Source: a bacterium
Lineage (GTDB): Bacteria > UBA8248
Direction of reading: 5' to 3'
Length of the DNA stretch: 64,000 bases
Assembly (NCBI GenBank): GCA_965200245.1
Contig: CBDATS010000005.1
Location: 640,001 to 704,000 of the forward strand
Both the position numbers and the translations under genes were made by a program. Numbering within the stretch: the stretch's first letter is position 1; each line of letters begins with the position of its first letter. Below, piece by piece: positions 23,637-32,831 of this stretch. The notes beneath the pieces were generated by a model. The model searched no databases. It saw nothing but the letters and a program-made list of their open reading frames with translations, and was not told where the DNA came from.

Positions 23637-23783
23637 GACAGCCCCTTAGTGGGATGAGAGAACCGACGGTGAATGGGCAGCGTGAACTCTTGCAGTCCAA
23701 GAAGCAAAATGCTGACCCCGGAAATTCCCTGCGCCGGAAATTTCCCTGCCTGGCGACGGGAGTTTCACCCGCAAACCAGTTGG

Positions 23784-23812
23784 ATTCTATGGGCTCGGGA
23801 TCGGAGGGTCAA
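23784..23812 (-). promoter_or_regulatory. Putative sigma70 promoter of the M50-trpS-ileS-lspA operon
   Basis: TTGACC-17 bp-TAGAAT on the minus strand. Confidence 0.6.
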
Positions 23813-23846
23813 ACCCATAACGCGCTGTGAAATGCTGGTTTCGTGG

Positions 23847-24404
23847 CTATCTCGCTTGACCGAATGAATCCCGAAAGAAAATCTCAGCGGGGTCTTTGCG
23901 CGCGGGCGGCTTGTTGTCCTTGGCTTGGACATCGGGGTGCAGATCTTCGGTCTTGCCCGGATAACCCACGGCGAAAAGCGCCGCCACGCGAAACGGCTCG
24001 GGGATGTGAAAGTTCTCAAGTACTTTTGGCTCGTCCCACCCTGCCATGGCGTGAACGGTCAGCCCGAAATCACTGCCCTGGAGCAGGAGATTCTCGAGTG
24101 CCATGCCGACGTCGAGCAAATAGCGATCCTGCCCGAAACGCTCGGGCTGCTCTTCGGGGTTTCCGAGAATAATCATCTTGAGCGGTGCTGCGACCGCCCA
24201 CTGGCGGTTCCCCTCGTTCAGGCATTCGTTGAATTTTTCCTGCGCTGCTTCTGATTCCACTACGATAACGCGCCAGGGTTGGCGGTTGTTCGAAGACGGC
24301 GCCCAGCGGAACGCCTCCAGCATGGCTTCGAGCTTCTCGGGCTCGGGCGGTATTCCGTTGAAGGCACGCAAGCTCCTTCTGTTCTTGATGAGCGGGTGCA
24401 TCAT
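23847..24404 (-). CDS. Nitroreductase family protein
   Basis: RRSLRAF, APSSNNRQPW, VGYP. Confidence 0.93.
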   Translation of the reverse strand: MMHPLIKNRRSLRAFNGIPPEPEKLEAMLEAFRWAPSSNNRQPWRVIVVESEAAQEKFNECLNEGNRQWAVAAPLKMIILGNPEEQPERFGQDRYLLDVGMALENLLLQGSDFGLTVHAMAGWDEPKVLENFHIPEPFRVAALFAVGYPGKTEDLHPDVQAKDNKPPARKDPAEIFFRDSFGQAR

Positions 24405-24525
24405 TACTTCCCTCCCTAATGAATAAAATCAAAGCGAAAAGCACCCTACACAGAGGGAAACTCTACAACATTATCGCGCATATTTCCATCGCACTTCACA
24501 GTCGAATCGGAATTTCGCAAGAGAT

Positions 24526-25353
24526 TTACTCTGAATCCCCGAAGCGAGCATCTCGCCAGGCGACGGCGGCGCGGAGGCCCTCGGTTCGCGCGATTCCAAG
24601 AAACCTGGCCTTATCCTCCGTACCCCTACCCTCAATCATCAAGTCCATGTCGAGCGCGGCCTCGAGCGATCGACCCATTCCCATGATCTCGCAGGTTTGG
24701 TTGAGCGCCAGTTTGGTGGCACGCAGGAGGCCTTGATCCACCAACGTCATCTTCCTCGCTAGTGAGAGGGCGGTGTCCAGCACCTCGGCTTGAGGAACAA
24801 CCCGGTTCACCAAACCGATGCGACGAGCCTCCTCGGCCGGAATGCCATCCTCTCCGGTCAGGATGATCTCCTTCGCCAGCTTGGGGTTCGTGAGCCAGGG
24901 CAGCAGCATGACAACTATCCCTGCACCGAACTTGAGTTCGGGCTCCCCGAACATGGCATCTTCCGCCGCGACGGTAACGTCGCAGGCGAGCGCAAGTTCA
25001 CAGCCTCCCGCCAAGGCGTACCCGCGTACGGCAGCGACAGTGGGTTTGGAGAGATTCCAAAAGCGCATGACAGTGTCGAAGTCCAGTCTGAGCGTGCGCC
25101 GCCACTCAGCGAAACCTGTTGGCGTGTTCTCGGCCTGTTCCTTGAGATCAAAGCCGGAAGAAAATGACTTGCCCTCCCCCGTAAGAACAGCGACGAATAT
25201 GGAATCTGTCGCCTCTATGAAATCACATGCCTCGTTCAACTCACGCAGCATGACACGGTTCATGGCGTTCAGTCGCTCCGGACGGTTCAGGCTCACGACG
25301 GCGATGTGGTCATGCACCTCGAACAGGAGTGTCTCGAAAACGGGGATGTTCAT
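24526..25353 (-). CDS. Enoyl-CoA hydratase/isomerase family protein
   Basis: LNRPERLNA, FSSGFDL, GYALAGGCELALACD, FGEPE. Confidence 0.93.
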   Translation of the reverse strand: MNIPVFETLLFEVHDHIAVVSLNRPERLNAMNRVMLRELNEACDFIEATDSIFVAVLTGEGKSFSSGFDLKEQAENTPTGFAEWRRTLRLDFDTVMRFWNLSKPTVAAVRGYALAGGCELALACDVTVAAEDAMFGEPELKFGAGIVVMLLPWLTNPKLAKEIILTGEDGIPAEEARRIGLVNRVVPQAEVLDTALSLARKMTLVDQGLLRATKLALNQTCEIMGMGRSLEAALDMDLMIEGRGTEDKARFLGIARTEGLRAAVAWRDARFGDSE

Positions 25354-26174
25354 CAGGATGTATTCCTCGATAAAAACGCCAGAATCCTTTTGGCGGAGGC
25401 TTCAGGGCGTTCGGAATAGAAGTGATGGCCCGTGTTCTCGATGATAACGAGTTCCGCTCCCGGGATACGGCTGGCCATCAGCCTCGAATTCTCTGTGGGC
25501 ACGAGAACGTCAGCCTCGCCCGAGATGACGAGCGTCGGAACGCGCAAGTTCCTGATTTCTTCCGAAACGTCGAACTCCGCCACTCCCTGACTGCGCCGTT
25601 CAATCTCTTCTTTGCCAATGGGAAAGCGGCGCTTGAAACCGTCGTAGAAAGCGACTACCTCGGGGCTTTCGTCTATCGTTTCGGGGTGAAAAAGCGTCTC
25701 CAATGCCGCTCGGCGTTCAACTTCTGTGGCATCGGGCGTGCCGCCTCGCGCGCGTGTCTCCCGGACACCCGGTGCGGACGTGACTTTCTCACTTCCCCCA
25801 AAGTGAGAACACGCGACGATGAGGCTCCTGAGTCTTCCGGGATGTTTCACCGCGAAGGAGAGCGCTATCATTCCCCCATAAGAGCCACCCATCAGGTGAA
25901 ACGAATCGAGACCGAGGCCTTCGACCAGCCCTAGGAGGTCTTCCGCCATGCGCGCAGGGGCGCGGTCGCCATCATCTGCATACGCCTTCGTCCGGCCCGT
26001 TCCCCGGTTATCCGGCATGATGAGACGGCAATGCGCCGCGAGGAGGCCCCGGAGTTTCCCCCAGACCTCCACCGTGGCCGTCAAACCGCCCACCATCACC
26101 AAAGGCTCACCCGTACCCTCTTCTTCATAATAAACGTCGAGTTTCCCCCGGCTCTCGATCAACAGCGTCGCCAC
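25353..26174 (-). CDS. Alpha/beta hydrolase (PcaD/MenH-like fold)
   Basis: DNRGTG, nucleophile elbow GGSYGG, GEAD, TGHH. Confidence 0.9.
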   Translation of the reverse strand: MATLLIESRGKLDVYYEEEGTGEPLVMVGGLTATVEVWGKLRGLLAAHCRLIMPDNRGTGRTKAYADDGDRAPARMAEDLLGLVEGLGLDSFHLMGGSYGGMIALSFAVKHPGRLRSLIVACSHFGGSEKVTSAPGVRETRARGGTPDATEVERRAALETLFHPETIDESPEVVAFYDGFKRRFPIGKEEIERRSQGVAEFDVSEEIRNLRVPTLVISGEADVLVPTENSRLMASRIPGAELVIIENTGHHFYSERPEASAKRILAFLSRNTS

Positions 26175-26193
26175 TTGAGGCTCCTATCAGTTC

Positions 26194-27372
26194 CTACGCA
26201 CCCAGTTTCTCGGCCATCCAGTCCGCCATGTAACCCACGACAGGCGCAACGTAGTCCATGTGGCAATGCTGGGAGCCACCGTCGGTGCCTTTATAGACCC
26301 GCAAGGTCTTGTCCTTCGAACCCACCGCCCTGTAGAGTGATTTCGCGTCTGCGAGCGGAATTTGCTGGTCATCCTCCCCATGCACGAGCAGGAAGGGGCA
26401 TTTCATCCGTTGCACTACGCCGTCGAGCCGAAACCCTTCGAGTTTCTGCAAGCCCTCTTCCGCCGTCTTGACGTTGAAGCTCCACGCCAGGTGATTGCCC
26501 GGCGAGGGAAGCTGAATCCTGAACGCCGCCTCAATGCGCCGTTTCCAGATGGCATGGTAGTCCCAAATCGCGCCGTGGGCGAGACAGGCCTTAAAGCGGG
26601 GCTCCATGCTGGCGGTCCTAGGCGCGTAGTACCCCCCCAGGCTCGACGCCATGATGCCGGCTCGCTTCGGGTTCACGTCCTTACGCTTTTCGAGCCAGTC
26701 GAGAACCGCCGAGCCCGCCACCTCGTAGTCGTGTCTCAAATATATCTTGCGGAAACGTATGGCCTCGCCCACACCCGGGCTGTCAACCACCATCACGCTA
26801 ATCCCGCGCCGGGCGAGTTCGCCCGCCGAGATGATCATGGGCGATTCCTTGGTACCGTCAAAACCCGAATACAGCACGACCACGGGGGGCCTTGATTTGC
26901 GAGTGTTCTCTGCATGGACGAAATAACCAGGCAGCGATTTGCCCCCCTCGTAGGGAATCTCGACGATCTCCGCCTTGGGCCTGTCATTCAGGTTGACGTA
27001 GCGCTGAAAGCTGTCGATAGATTTTCGATAAACACCCTGTGAGACCTTATCCTTCGGGAAGCGGAAGCGATCGGCCATCTGATGATAGGTGGAGGAGCGG
27101 CAGAAATGACCCGCCGCCGTGAGGTGCTTGCCGCGCCGCTGCGCCGTCACGCCCATGGCACGAATGCGGTCGCCCATACGTTTCCACTCCTCGAACCAGT
27201 GTTCATCATTGCCAACGTTTTCATCGAGATTTCTGCAGACCTCGAAAATCTCCGACGTATCCGCCCCGCCGCCAGCCACGCGCATGAGGCCCATGGAAGT
27301 GATGAACGACCAGCGATAGTTGTCGGGAAAGTAGGTGAACCACGGAATATTGCGTACCGCTTTGACGACCAT
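26194..27372 (-). CDS. Alpha/beta hydrolase, FrsA/2,6-dihydroxypseudooxynicotine hydrolase-like
   Basis: VEIPYEG, GFDGTKE, DSPGVGE, SLGGYYAPR, HGEDD, GGSQHCH. Confidence 0.85.
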   Translation of the reverse strand: MVVKAVRNIPWFTYFPDNYRWSFITSMGLMRVAGGGADTSEIFEVCRNLDENVGNDEHWFEEWKRMGDRIRAMGVTAQRRGKHLTAAGHFCRSSTYHQMADRFRFPKDKVSQGVYRKSIDSFQRYVNLNDRPKAEIVEIPYEGGKSLPGYFVHAENTRKSRPPVVVLYSGFDGTKESPMIISAGELARRGISVMVVDSPGVGEAIRFRKIYLRHDYEVAGSAVLDWLEKRKDVNPKRAGIMASSLGGYYAPRTASMEPRFKACLAHGAIWDYHAIWKRRIEAAFRIQLPSPGNHLAWSFNVKTAEEGLQKLEGFRLDGVVQRMKCPFLLVHGEDDQQIPLADAKSLYRAVGSKDKTLRVYKGTDGGSQHCHMDYVAPVVGYMADWMAEKLGA

Positions 27373-27495
27373 ACGCGCTCTCCTCCTATGTCGATATATG
27401 GAAACACTTTCGCCTGTGATGCGGCGAAGTATACGCGAGATGATCCACTTCTTGGAATCGGGTTATGATTCACGAACCGCATCGATGATACTCTC

Positions 27496-27942
27496 TTGAA
27501 TAAACCACCGGCAGGAGAACAGGAAATACCTTTTTACAGCACCGAAACCATCGAGAAGGTAAAGCTCAGCACGGGAAACCCGGGCGAGTACAAGCCACTG
27601 GCCGGAGAATTCATAAAGGCGGGTGTCGTCACGTATCGCAGGGGCACGGGTTCCAAACCCCACTGGCACAACAACGAGGAACAATACATCTACATCATCG
27701 AAGGCAAGCGCTACATGCGCTTGGGCGATGAGGAGCGAATCATCGGCCCCGGCGACATCGTCCACATCCCCCGGGGAACGCTCCACGGCGGCAGGACACT
27801 CACCGAAAAGGCGGTGATGTTCGTGGCGAAATCCCCCGCCGCAGACCCCGACCTGGGGGCCGACCACCACTACCCGGAAAACCTTCAAGGCATCATCAAA
27901 CACCTCGATACCAAGGCGGAGAAACTCTACGGTAAAGTGTAG
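27496..27942 (+). CDS. Cupin-domain protein
   Basis: PHWHNNEEQYIYIIEG...GPGDIVHIPRGTLH cupin motifs. Confidence 0.9.
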   Translation: MNKPPAGEQEIPFYSTETIEKVKLSTGNPGEYKPLAGEFIKAGVVTYRRGTGSKPHWHNNEEQYIYIIEGKRYMRLGDEERIIGPGDIVHIPRGTLHGGRTLTEKAVMFVAKSPAADPDLGADHHYPENLQGIIKHLDTKAEKLYGKV

Positions 27943-28076
27943 GCTGTAGGATTGAGTCATATCCAGGGGCACTGCCCTTGGAGAAACTATTGGAAGATAA
28001 AGCAGTCAATAAATCCTGGCTAAAAACAGAAAAGCTAAAAAGAAGGGAATTATATATTAAAGTTGCGTGGGTTTTC

Positions 28077-28199
28077 TTAGAATTTTCCAGCCGCGAAGAT
28101 TGCCTTGGCAATTCTTTCAGGAGAGTCGTCTATCTTCAAAACTCTAGTTTCCGGCCTGCCTTGCGGTTCCTTTTTCTTGTCTTGTTTACCTTCACCCAT
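28077..28199 (-). CDS. 40-aa small protein (MGEGKQDKKKEPQGRPETRVLKIDDSPERIAKAIFAAGKF)
   Basis: Manual translation, below the track cutoff; it ends 18 bp from the left inverted repeat. Confidence 0.45.
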   Translation of the reverse strand: MGEGKQDKKKEPQGRPETRVLKIDDSPERIAKAIFAAGKF

Positions 28200-28204
28200 C
28201 TTTA

Positions 28205-28537
28205 TTACCTGCTTTGCTGGCTTTCACTTGGTGCGGGTAGTCTCAGAAGAATAATTTCAACATTTTTTCTTATTGATTCCGTGTCTTTTTTCACGTCTTC
28301 AATTCATTTCGCAAGACTGTCTATTCGTCCATCCAATCTTTTAACTTCGATAACTACTTTACCTTCCACTCTTTTAATTTCTGACTTAGTGATTCCATCC
28401 AGTTTTTCAACTTGCGCTTTGACCGGCACAACCTGAGCGTTAGCTATATAGTTAGTCCCGTTATAAATTCCAATTAAGACAGCTATAATGAGCAACCCGA
28501 ATGTCCATAACCCCGCATGTTCTTTCAACCACTTCAT
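28205..28537 (-). pseudogene. Membrane-anchored coiled-coil protein interrupted by an in-frame TGA
   Basis: Strong RBS (AGGAGG). After SLAK-TGA (28304-28306) the frame continues IEDVKKDTESIRKNVEIILLRL... to TAA at 28205-28207. Confidence 0.5.
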
Positions 28538-29222
28538 CTTCAGTCCTCCTTACCCTTACAATATACGTCTTTTAGAACAAAAAAAGCCACAACCTGAGTT
28601 TAGTTTTTGATCTCATAAAACTCGTGCCACCGCTTCAATGCTTCATTGTACTTCGTCCAGTACCCAGAAAACGGCTCTTTCCCGTCACGGAGTGCCCTGT
28701 GCCATTTTTGCGAGCGCTCAAAATACTCTTCTATGAGATAATCGCCTTGCGGATACTCAAATCTGAGCATCTCTTTCGTGTGGATATCAAGGCTGGTTTC
28801 CGAACAGGCTTCAACAGCAATTTGGCCATCTTCTCAACCTTGGCATGGACTTCAGGTGGTATGGACTTGTAATTACTTAATTATTTGCAGCCACGCATAG
28901 TTATCCATATAATTCCCCAAATGAAGTTTGTGAAAGAGTGAAAACATCTTGGAAGTTGTTTTGCGCGATCTGTCCCAATTAAATTGTTTGGTGAGTCAAA
29001 TATATAATTCCCGAAAATACCAATTTCCTAGTACGAATCAATAAACCATCGGTTCGCACCACCCACTTTCCCGGTCGAGTTTGATCCATCACAATATGTT
29101 GCGCTCATGCGCCCTCGATTCTCCCATATCGAGCAATACGTCCATTAAAGCCGGATTGCCTGCTTCTGGTGGTTGCGCGTATACTGCGCTCGTCGGAATT
29201 CCCCCAATCGTGAGGCCGAACC

Positions 29223-30026
29223 TTGAGCGAGAACAAAAGCGGTTTCAAGCGCGCGGTGGAGGTTATGGCCCGCCTGAGGGCACCGGACGGCTGCCCCTGG
29301 GACAAGGAACAGGACCACAAGAGTCTCAAGCCCTACCTTGTCGAGGAAGCACATGAAGTGATGGAGGCCATTGAGGCGGGTGACCCGGCGATGCTCAAAG
29401 AAGAGTTGGGCGATCTCCTGCTTCAGGTGCTCTTCCACTGCCAGCTTGCAGAGGAAAAGGGTCTTTTCAATGCCGAGGAGACCGCCTTCGCCCTCGCGCA
29501 GAAGATGATAGACCGCCATCCACATGTGTTCGGGGATGCCCTTGCCGAGACCAGCGACGAGGTGCTCCGGAACTGGGAGATCAGCAAGAGAGAAGCCCGC
29601 GTGGGGGATGAGAAGAATACGGCATCCATTCTCGACGGCGTGCCCCCCGCCATGCCCGCGCTCCAGCGAGCCCAAAGGCTTCAGGGAAAGGCCTCGTACG
29701 TAGGCTTCGACTGGCCGGATGCGACCGGCGCGGCGGAAAAGATAGAAGGAGAGTGGGCAGAACTCAAGACAGCGATGCGAAATGGTGACCACGAGGCGAT
29801 CGAGCAGGAGATAGGCGATTTCCTCTTCGCCGCCGTGAACCTCTCCCGAAAACTCGGGGTGAACGCAGAAGGGGCAGTTCACGCCTGCATCGAGCGCTTC
29901 ACCATGCGGTTTCATTATATGGAGCAAGCATTGCGCACCCGGGGACTCTCACCCGAAAACGTGTCACTCGATGAACTCGAAGCACTTTGGATTCAGGCGA
30001 AAAATGTCGGAACGAGCGATGGATGA
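29223..30026 (+). CDS. mazG: Nucleoside triphosphate pyrophosphohydrolase MazG
   Basis: LRAPDGCPWDKEQ, EELGDLLLQV, RHPHVF, GFDWP, second EIGD domain. Confidence 0.96.
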   Translation: MSENKSGFKRAVEVMARLRAPDGCPWDKEQDHKSLKPYLVEEAHEVMEAIEAGDPAMLKEELGDLLLQVLFHCQLAEEKGLFNAEETAFALAQKMIDRHPHVFGDALAETSDEVLRNWEISKREARVGDEKNTASILDGVPPAMPALQRAQRLQGKASYVGFDWPDATGAAEKIEGEWAELKTAMRNGDHEAIEQEIGDFLFAAVNLSRKLGVNAEGAVHACIERFTMRFHYMEQALRTRGLSPENVSLDELEALWIQAKNVGTSDG

Positions 30027-30092
30027 ACCGACTCTCGCACTAACCCCGCCCAATGTACACACGGTGACAAATCGCACTGCCAGGAACTACCG

Positions 30093-32579
30093 ATGACACG
30101 AAAACACAGAACCCCTCGTCCCGGCAGAGGAACTCCTCCCCCGCAGGCGGGCCTTTTCCCGCAAGACGGAACCGAGTTGACCGGCGCGGTCGAACGGATT
30201 CGTTTCCGCGCGGAGGACACTGGCTACACCGTCCTGCTCGTCCAGCCGGACAACGAGGACTTCCCGCGCGTGTCCGTAGTGGGCTATCTCTCCTCTATCC
30301 GAGAGGGCGAGAGAGCGCGCTTCGAGGGTAACTGGAAGGATCATCCCAGGTTCGGCCGCCAGTTCCACACCGAACTCGCCCGCCCATTGACACCTACAAC
30401 GGTCGAGGGAATCGAAAAATACCTCGCATCGGGCATTGTGAATAATATCGGCCCCGCACTCGCCAAGAGAATCGTGGCGCGATTCGGGGAAAATTCTCTT
30501 GAGATTCTGGACAATTACCCCGAGCGCCTAATGGAAGTGAATGGGCTCGGCGCGAAGAAACTTGAGGTAATCGTCGAGAGTTGGAAGAGCCAGAGCGAGG
30601 TCAAGGAGATCATGCTCTTCCTGCGTCAATACGACGTCCCGCTGCACCTGTCGGAGAAAATTCTCAGAACCTACGGCGAGGCGGCTATACGCATTCTCCG
30701 TGAAGACCCCTACCGCCTGGCAGCTGAAATTCACGGCGTAGGCTTCAAGAGTGCGGACCGCATTGCGCAGCGGCTGGGGATTCCCGTGGACTCGCCCAAG
30801 CGCCTCGCTGCGAGCGCCGTCTACGTCCTGAATCAGTTGGCCGAGCGCGAGGGCCACTGCTTCCTGCCATATGGGGACCTGATCGATACCGCCGCCGAAA
30901 TGCTCGAAATCGAAACAAATGCATTCCCCCCTGTCATCGACAAACTGCGCCAGGATGGACCGATAGTAGTCGAATCGGCGAACGTGGCCGAGAACCTCGC
31001 TTCAGACGAGAACAAGCGCATATATGCGCGCCCGCTCTATGTGGCGGAATGCGAGGTCGCCCGCCGACTCGCTACGCTCATCCGCACGACTCGCGATGAG
31101 GCGCGGCTGGAAGCCGCCCTGCATGGACAAGGCACACCCGGAAACACGACGGAAAAGCGCTTGAGCCACCTCGCCCGGCGCGCTCTTGAAGGCGGTATGG
31201 CGACGAAGGATCAGGGCGCAGCGATAGAGGGTGCGCTCACGCAGAAGGTGCTGATCGTCACCGGAGGCCCCGGCACCGGCAAGACGACCATCGTCAGCGC
31301 CGTCACAAATCTCTATACCAAACTGGGCCTTCAGGTCATCCTCGGCGCGCCCACAGGCCGGGCGGCCAAGCGCCTCTCGGAAGTCACAGGCCACGAAGCG
31401 GCTACCATCCACCGATTGCTCGAATATAGCTGGCACTCTGGCGGCTTTACCCGTGACGCCGAAAATCCGCTCACGGGCGATATCGTTATCATTGACGAGG
31501 CCTCAATGCTCGATGTGCATCTGACAGCCCACCTGCTGCGCGCGGTTCCCGATCAGGCGACACTCGTTCTGGTGGGCGATGTGGACCAACTCCCCTCCGT
31601 GGGACCCGGCAACGTACTTAGCGACGCCATCACCTCAGAATCCCTGCCCGTGGCAAGACTCACGGAGGTCTTCCGCCAGGCGCAGGAGAGCCTGATCGTC
31701 GAAAACGCCCACCATGTGAACCGGGGGGAGATGCCCAGAAGCGGTAAGGGGGAGAAAGAAGACGCGCCGCACGATTACTACTTCATCGAAGAGAGCGAAG
31801 CGGAGCGTTGCGCGGATATCATCGTCGAGCTATGTCGAGAACGCATTCCCGAGCGCTTCGGCTTCGACGCTATTGCCGATCTGCAGGTCATCTCCCCCAT
31901 GCAGCGCGGCGTGCTCGGCGTACAGAGCCTGAACGCCCGCTTGCAGGAAGCGCTCAACCCTGCCGGAAACGCCCCTGCACTCCAGAGCGGAGGCCGTGTA
32001 TTCCGCACCAAGGACAAGCTCATCCAGATACGCAACAACTACGACAAAGACGTGTTCAACGGCGACATCGGCGTCGTCAGAAACGTCGCACCAGAGAAGG
32101 GAAGCATTCTGGTGGCCTTCGATTCGAAACTCGTCGAATACACGCGCGACGCGCTCGACGAGGTGATGCACGCCTACGCCATCACCGTCCACAAAAGCCA
32201 AGGGAGCGAATACCCCGCCATCGTTATTCCGCTCCACACCCAACATTTCCCGATGCTGCAAAGAAACCTCGTCTACACTGCTCTCACGAGGGCGAGGCGT
32301 CTGGCGGTGTTCGTCGGGACGAAGAAAGCGCTCGGAATGGCGGTAAGAAACGCGCGCGTGAGAAGAAGATGGAGCGGCCTTCCAGAAAGAATCCGCCGTG
32401 AGGCGAAACTTGCCCCGCTCCTCACGGAGTCCTGTCCCGTTCCACGCGACACGGAAGTCGATGATGTACAATTAACCGATGACATTCCACCCGACGCACT
32501 TTATGAAGACGAAGCTACAGTGGACGATGAGGACATCTCTTCCGGAAACGAGTTGACCTACCATCCCGTGGATGAATAA
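30093..32579 (+). CDS. recD2: ATP-dependent RecD2-like DNA helicase
   Basis: N-terminal HhH region (GVGFKSADRIA), TGGPGTGKT, APTGRAAKR, DEASM, GDVDQLPSVG, AITVHKSQGSE. Confidence 0.93.
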   Translation: MTRKHRTPRPGRGTPPPQAGLFPQDGTELTGAVERIRFRAEDTGYTVLLVQPDNEDFPRVSVVGYLSSIREGERARFEGNWKDHPRFGRQFHTELARPLTPTTVEGIEKYLASGIVNNIGPALAKRIVARFGENSLEILDNYPERLMEVNGLGAKKLEVIVESWKSQSEVKEIMLFLRQYDVPLHLSEKILRTYGEAAIRILREDPYRLAAEIHGVGFKSADRIAQRLGIPVDSPKRLAASAVYVLNQLAEREGHCFLPYGDLIDTAAEMLEIETNAFPPVIDKLRQDGPIVVESANVAENLASDENKRIYARPLYVAECEVARRLATLIRTTRDEARLEAALHGQGTPGNTTEKRLSHLARRALEGGMATKDQGAAIEGALTQKVLIVTGGPGTGKTTIVSAVTNLYTKLGLQVILGAPTGRAAKRLSEVTGHEAATIHRLLEYSWHSGGFTRDAENPLTGDIVIIDEASMLDVHLTAHLLRAVPDQATLVLVGDVDQLPSVGPGNVLSDAITSESLPVARLTEVFRQAQESLIVENAHHVNRGEMPRSGKGEKEDAPHDYYFIEESEAERCADIIVELCRERIPERFGFDAIADLQVISPMQRGVLGVQSLNARLQEALNPAGNAPALQSGGRVFRTKDKLIQIRNNYDKDVFNGDIGVVRNVAPEKGSILVAFDSKLVEYTRDALDEVMHAYAITVHKSQGSEYPAIVIPLHTQHFPMLQRNLVYTALTRARRLAVFVGTKKALGMAVRNARVRRRWSGLPERIRREAKLAPLLTESCPVPRDTEVDDVQLTDDIPPDALYEDEATVDDEDISSGNELTYHPVDE

Positions 32580-32831
32580 CGGTTATTCGATATAAAACTC
32601 CATCCCGGAGTACGTAAGCGGGAATATTGCGCTTCTTACCGTGAGGGATACGGTGCTTTGGATGCCTGCCGCTCAGAATGTCACAATTTGAAAAGCTGAT
32701 ACTTCATTTCTTCTTGCAGGTCATTCTTTCTCACTTAGCGAGTTCCATCGCCTCGCATCCCACGACCCGCAACCTCGCAGAAACACTGCCCCCTTTAACG
32801 CACTTCCGCAGGATCCTGGCTTTCCGACAAC

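Larger units (their letters stand above)
28045..29012. mobile_element. Non-autonomous cassette bounded by terminal inverted repeats (possibly IS1595-derived), no transposase
   Basis: Perfect 14-bp inverted repeats: GGGAATTATATATT (28045-28058) and AATATATAATTCCC (28999-29012). The interior is AT-rich relative to the flanks and holds only small or decayed ORFs. No clear target-site duplication. Confidence 0.65.

Noticed and set aside
23637-23846. T-box riboswitch for trpS/ileS
   Set aside because: No T-box antiterminator consensus (GGTGGNACC) or terminator found.
28205-28870. Alternative genetic code (TGA as Gly or Trp) in the AT-rich cassette
   Set aside because: Reading through TGA in the 28600-28836 frame hits another TGA and then a TAA within a few codons. 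Decay explains this better, and host genes use TGA as stop.
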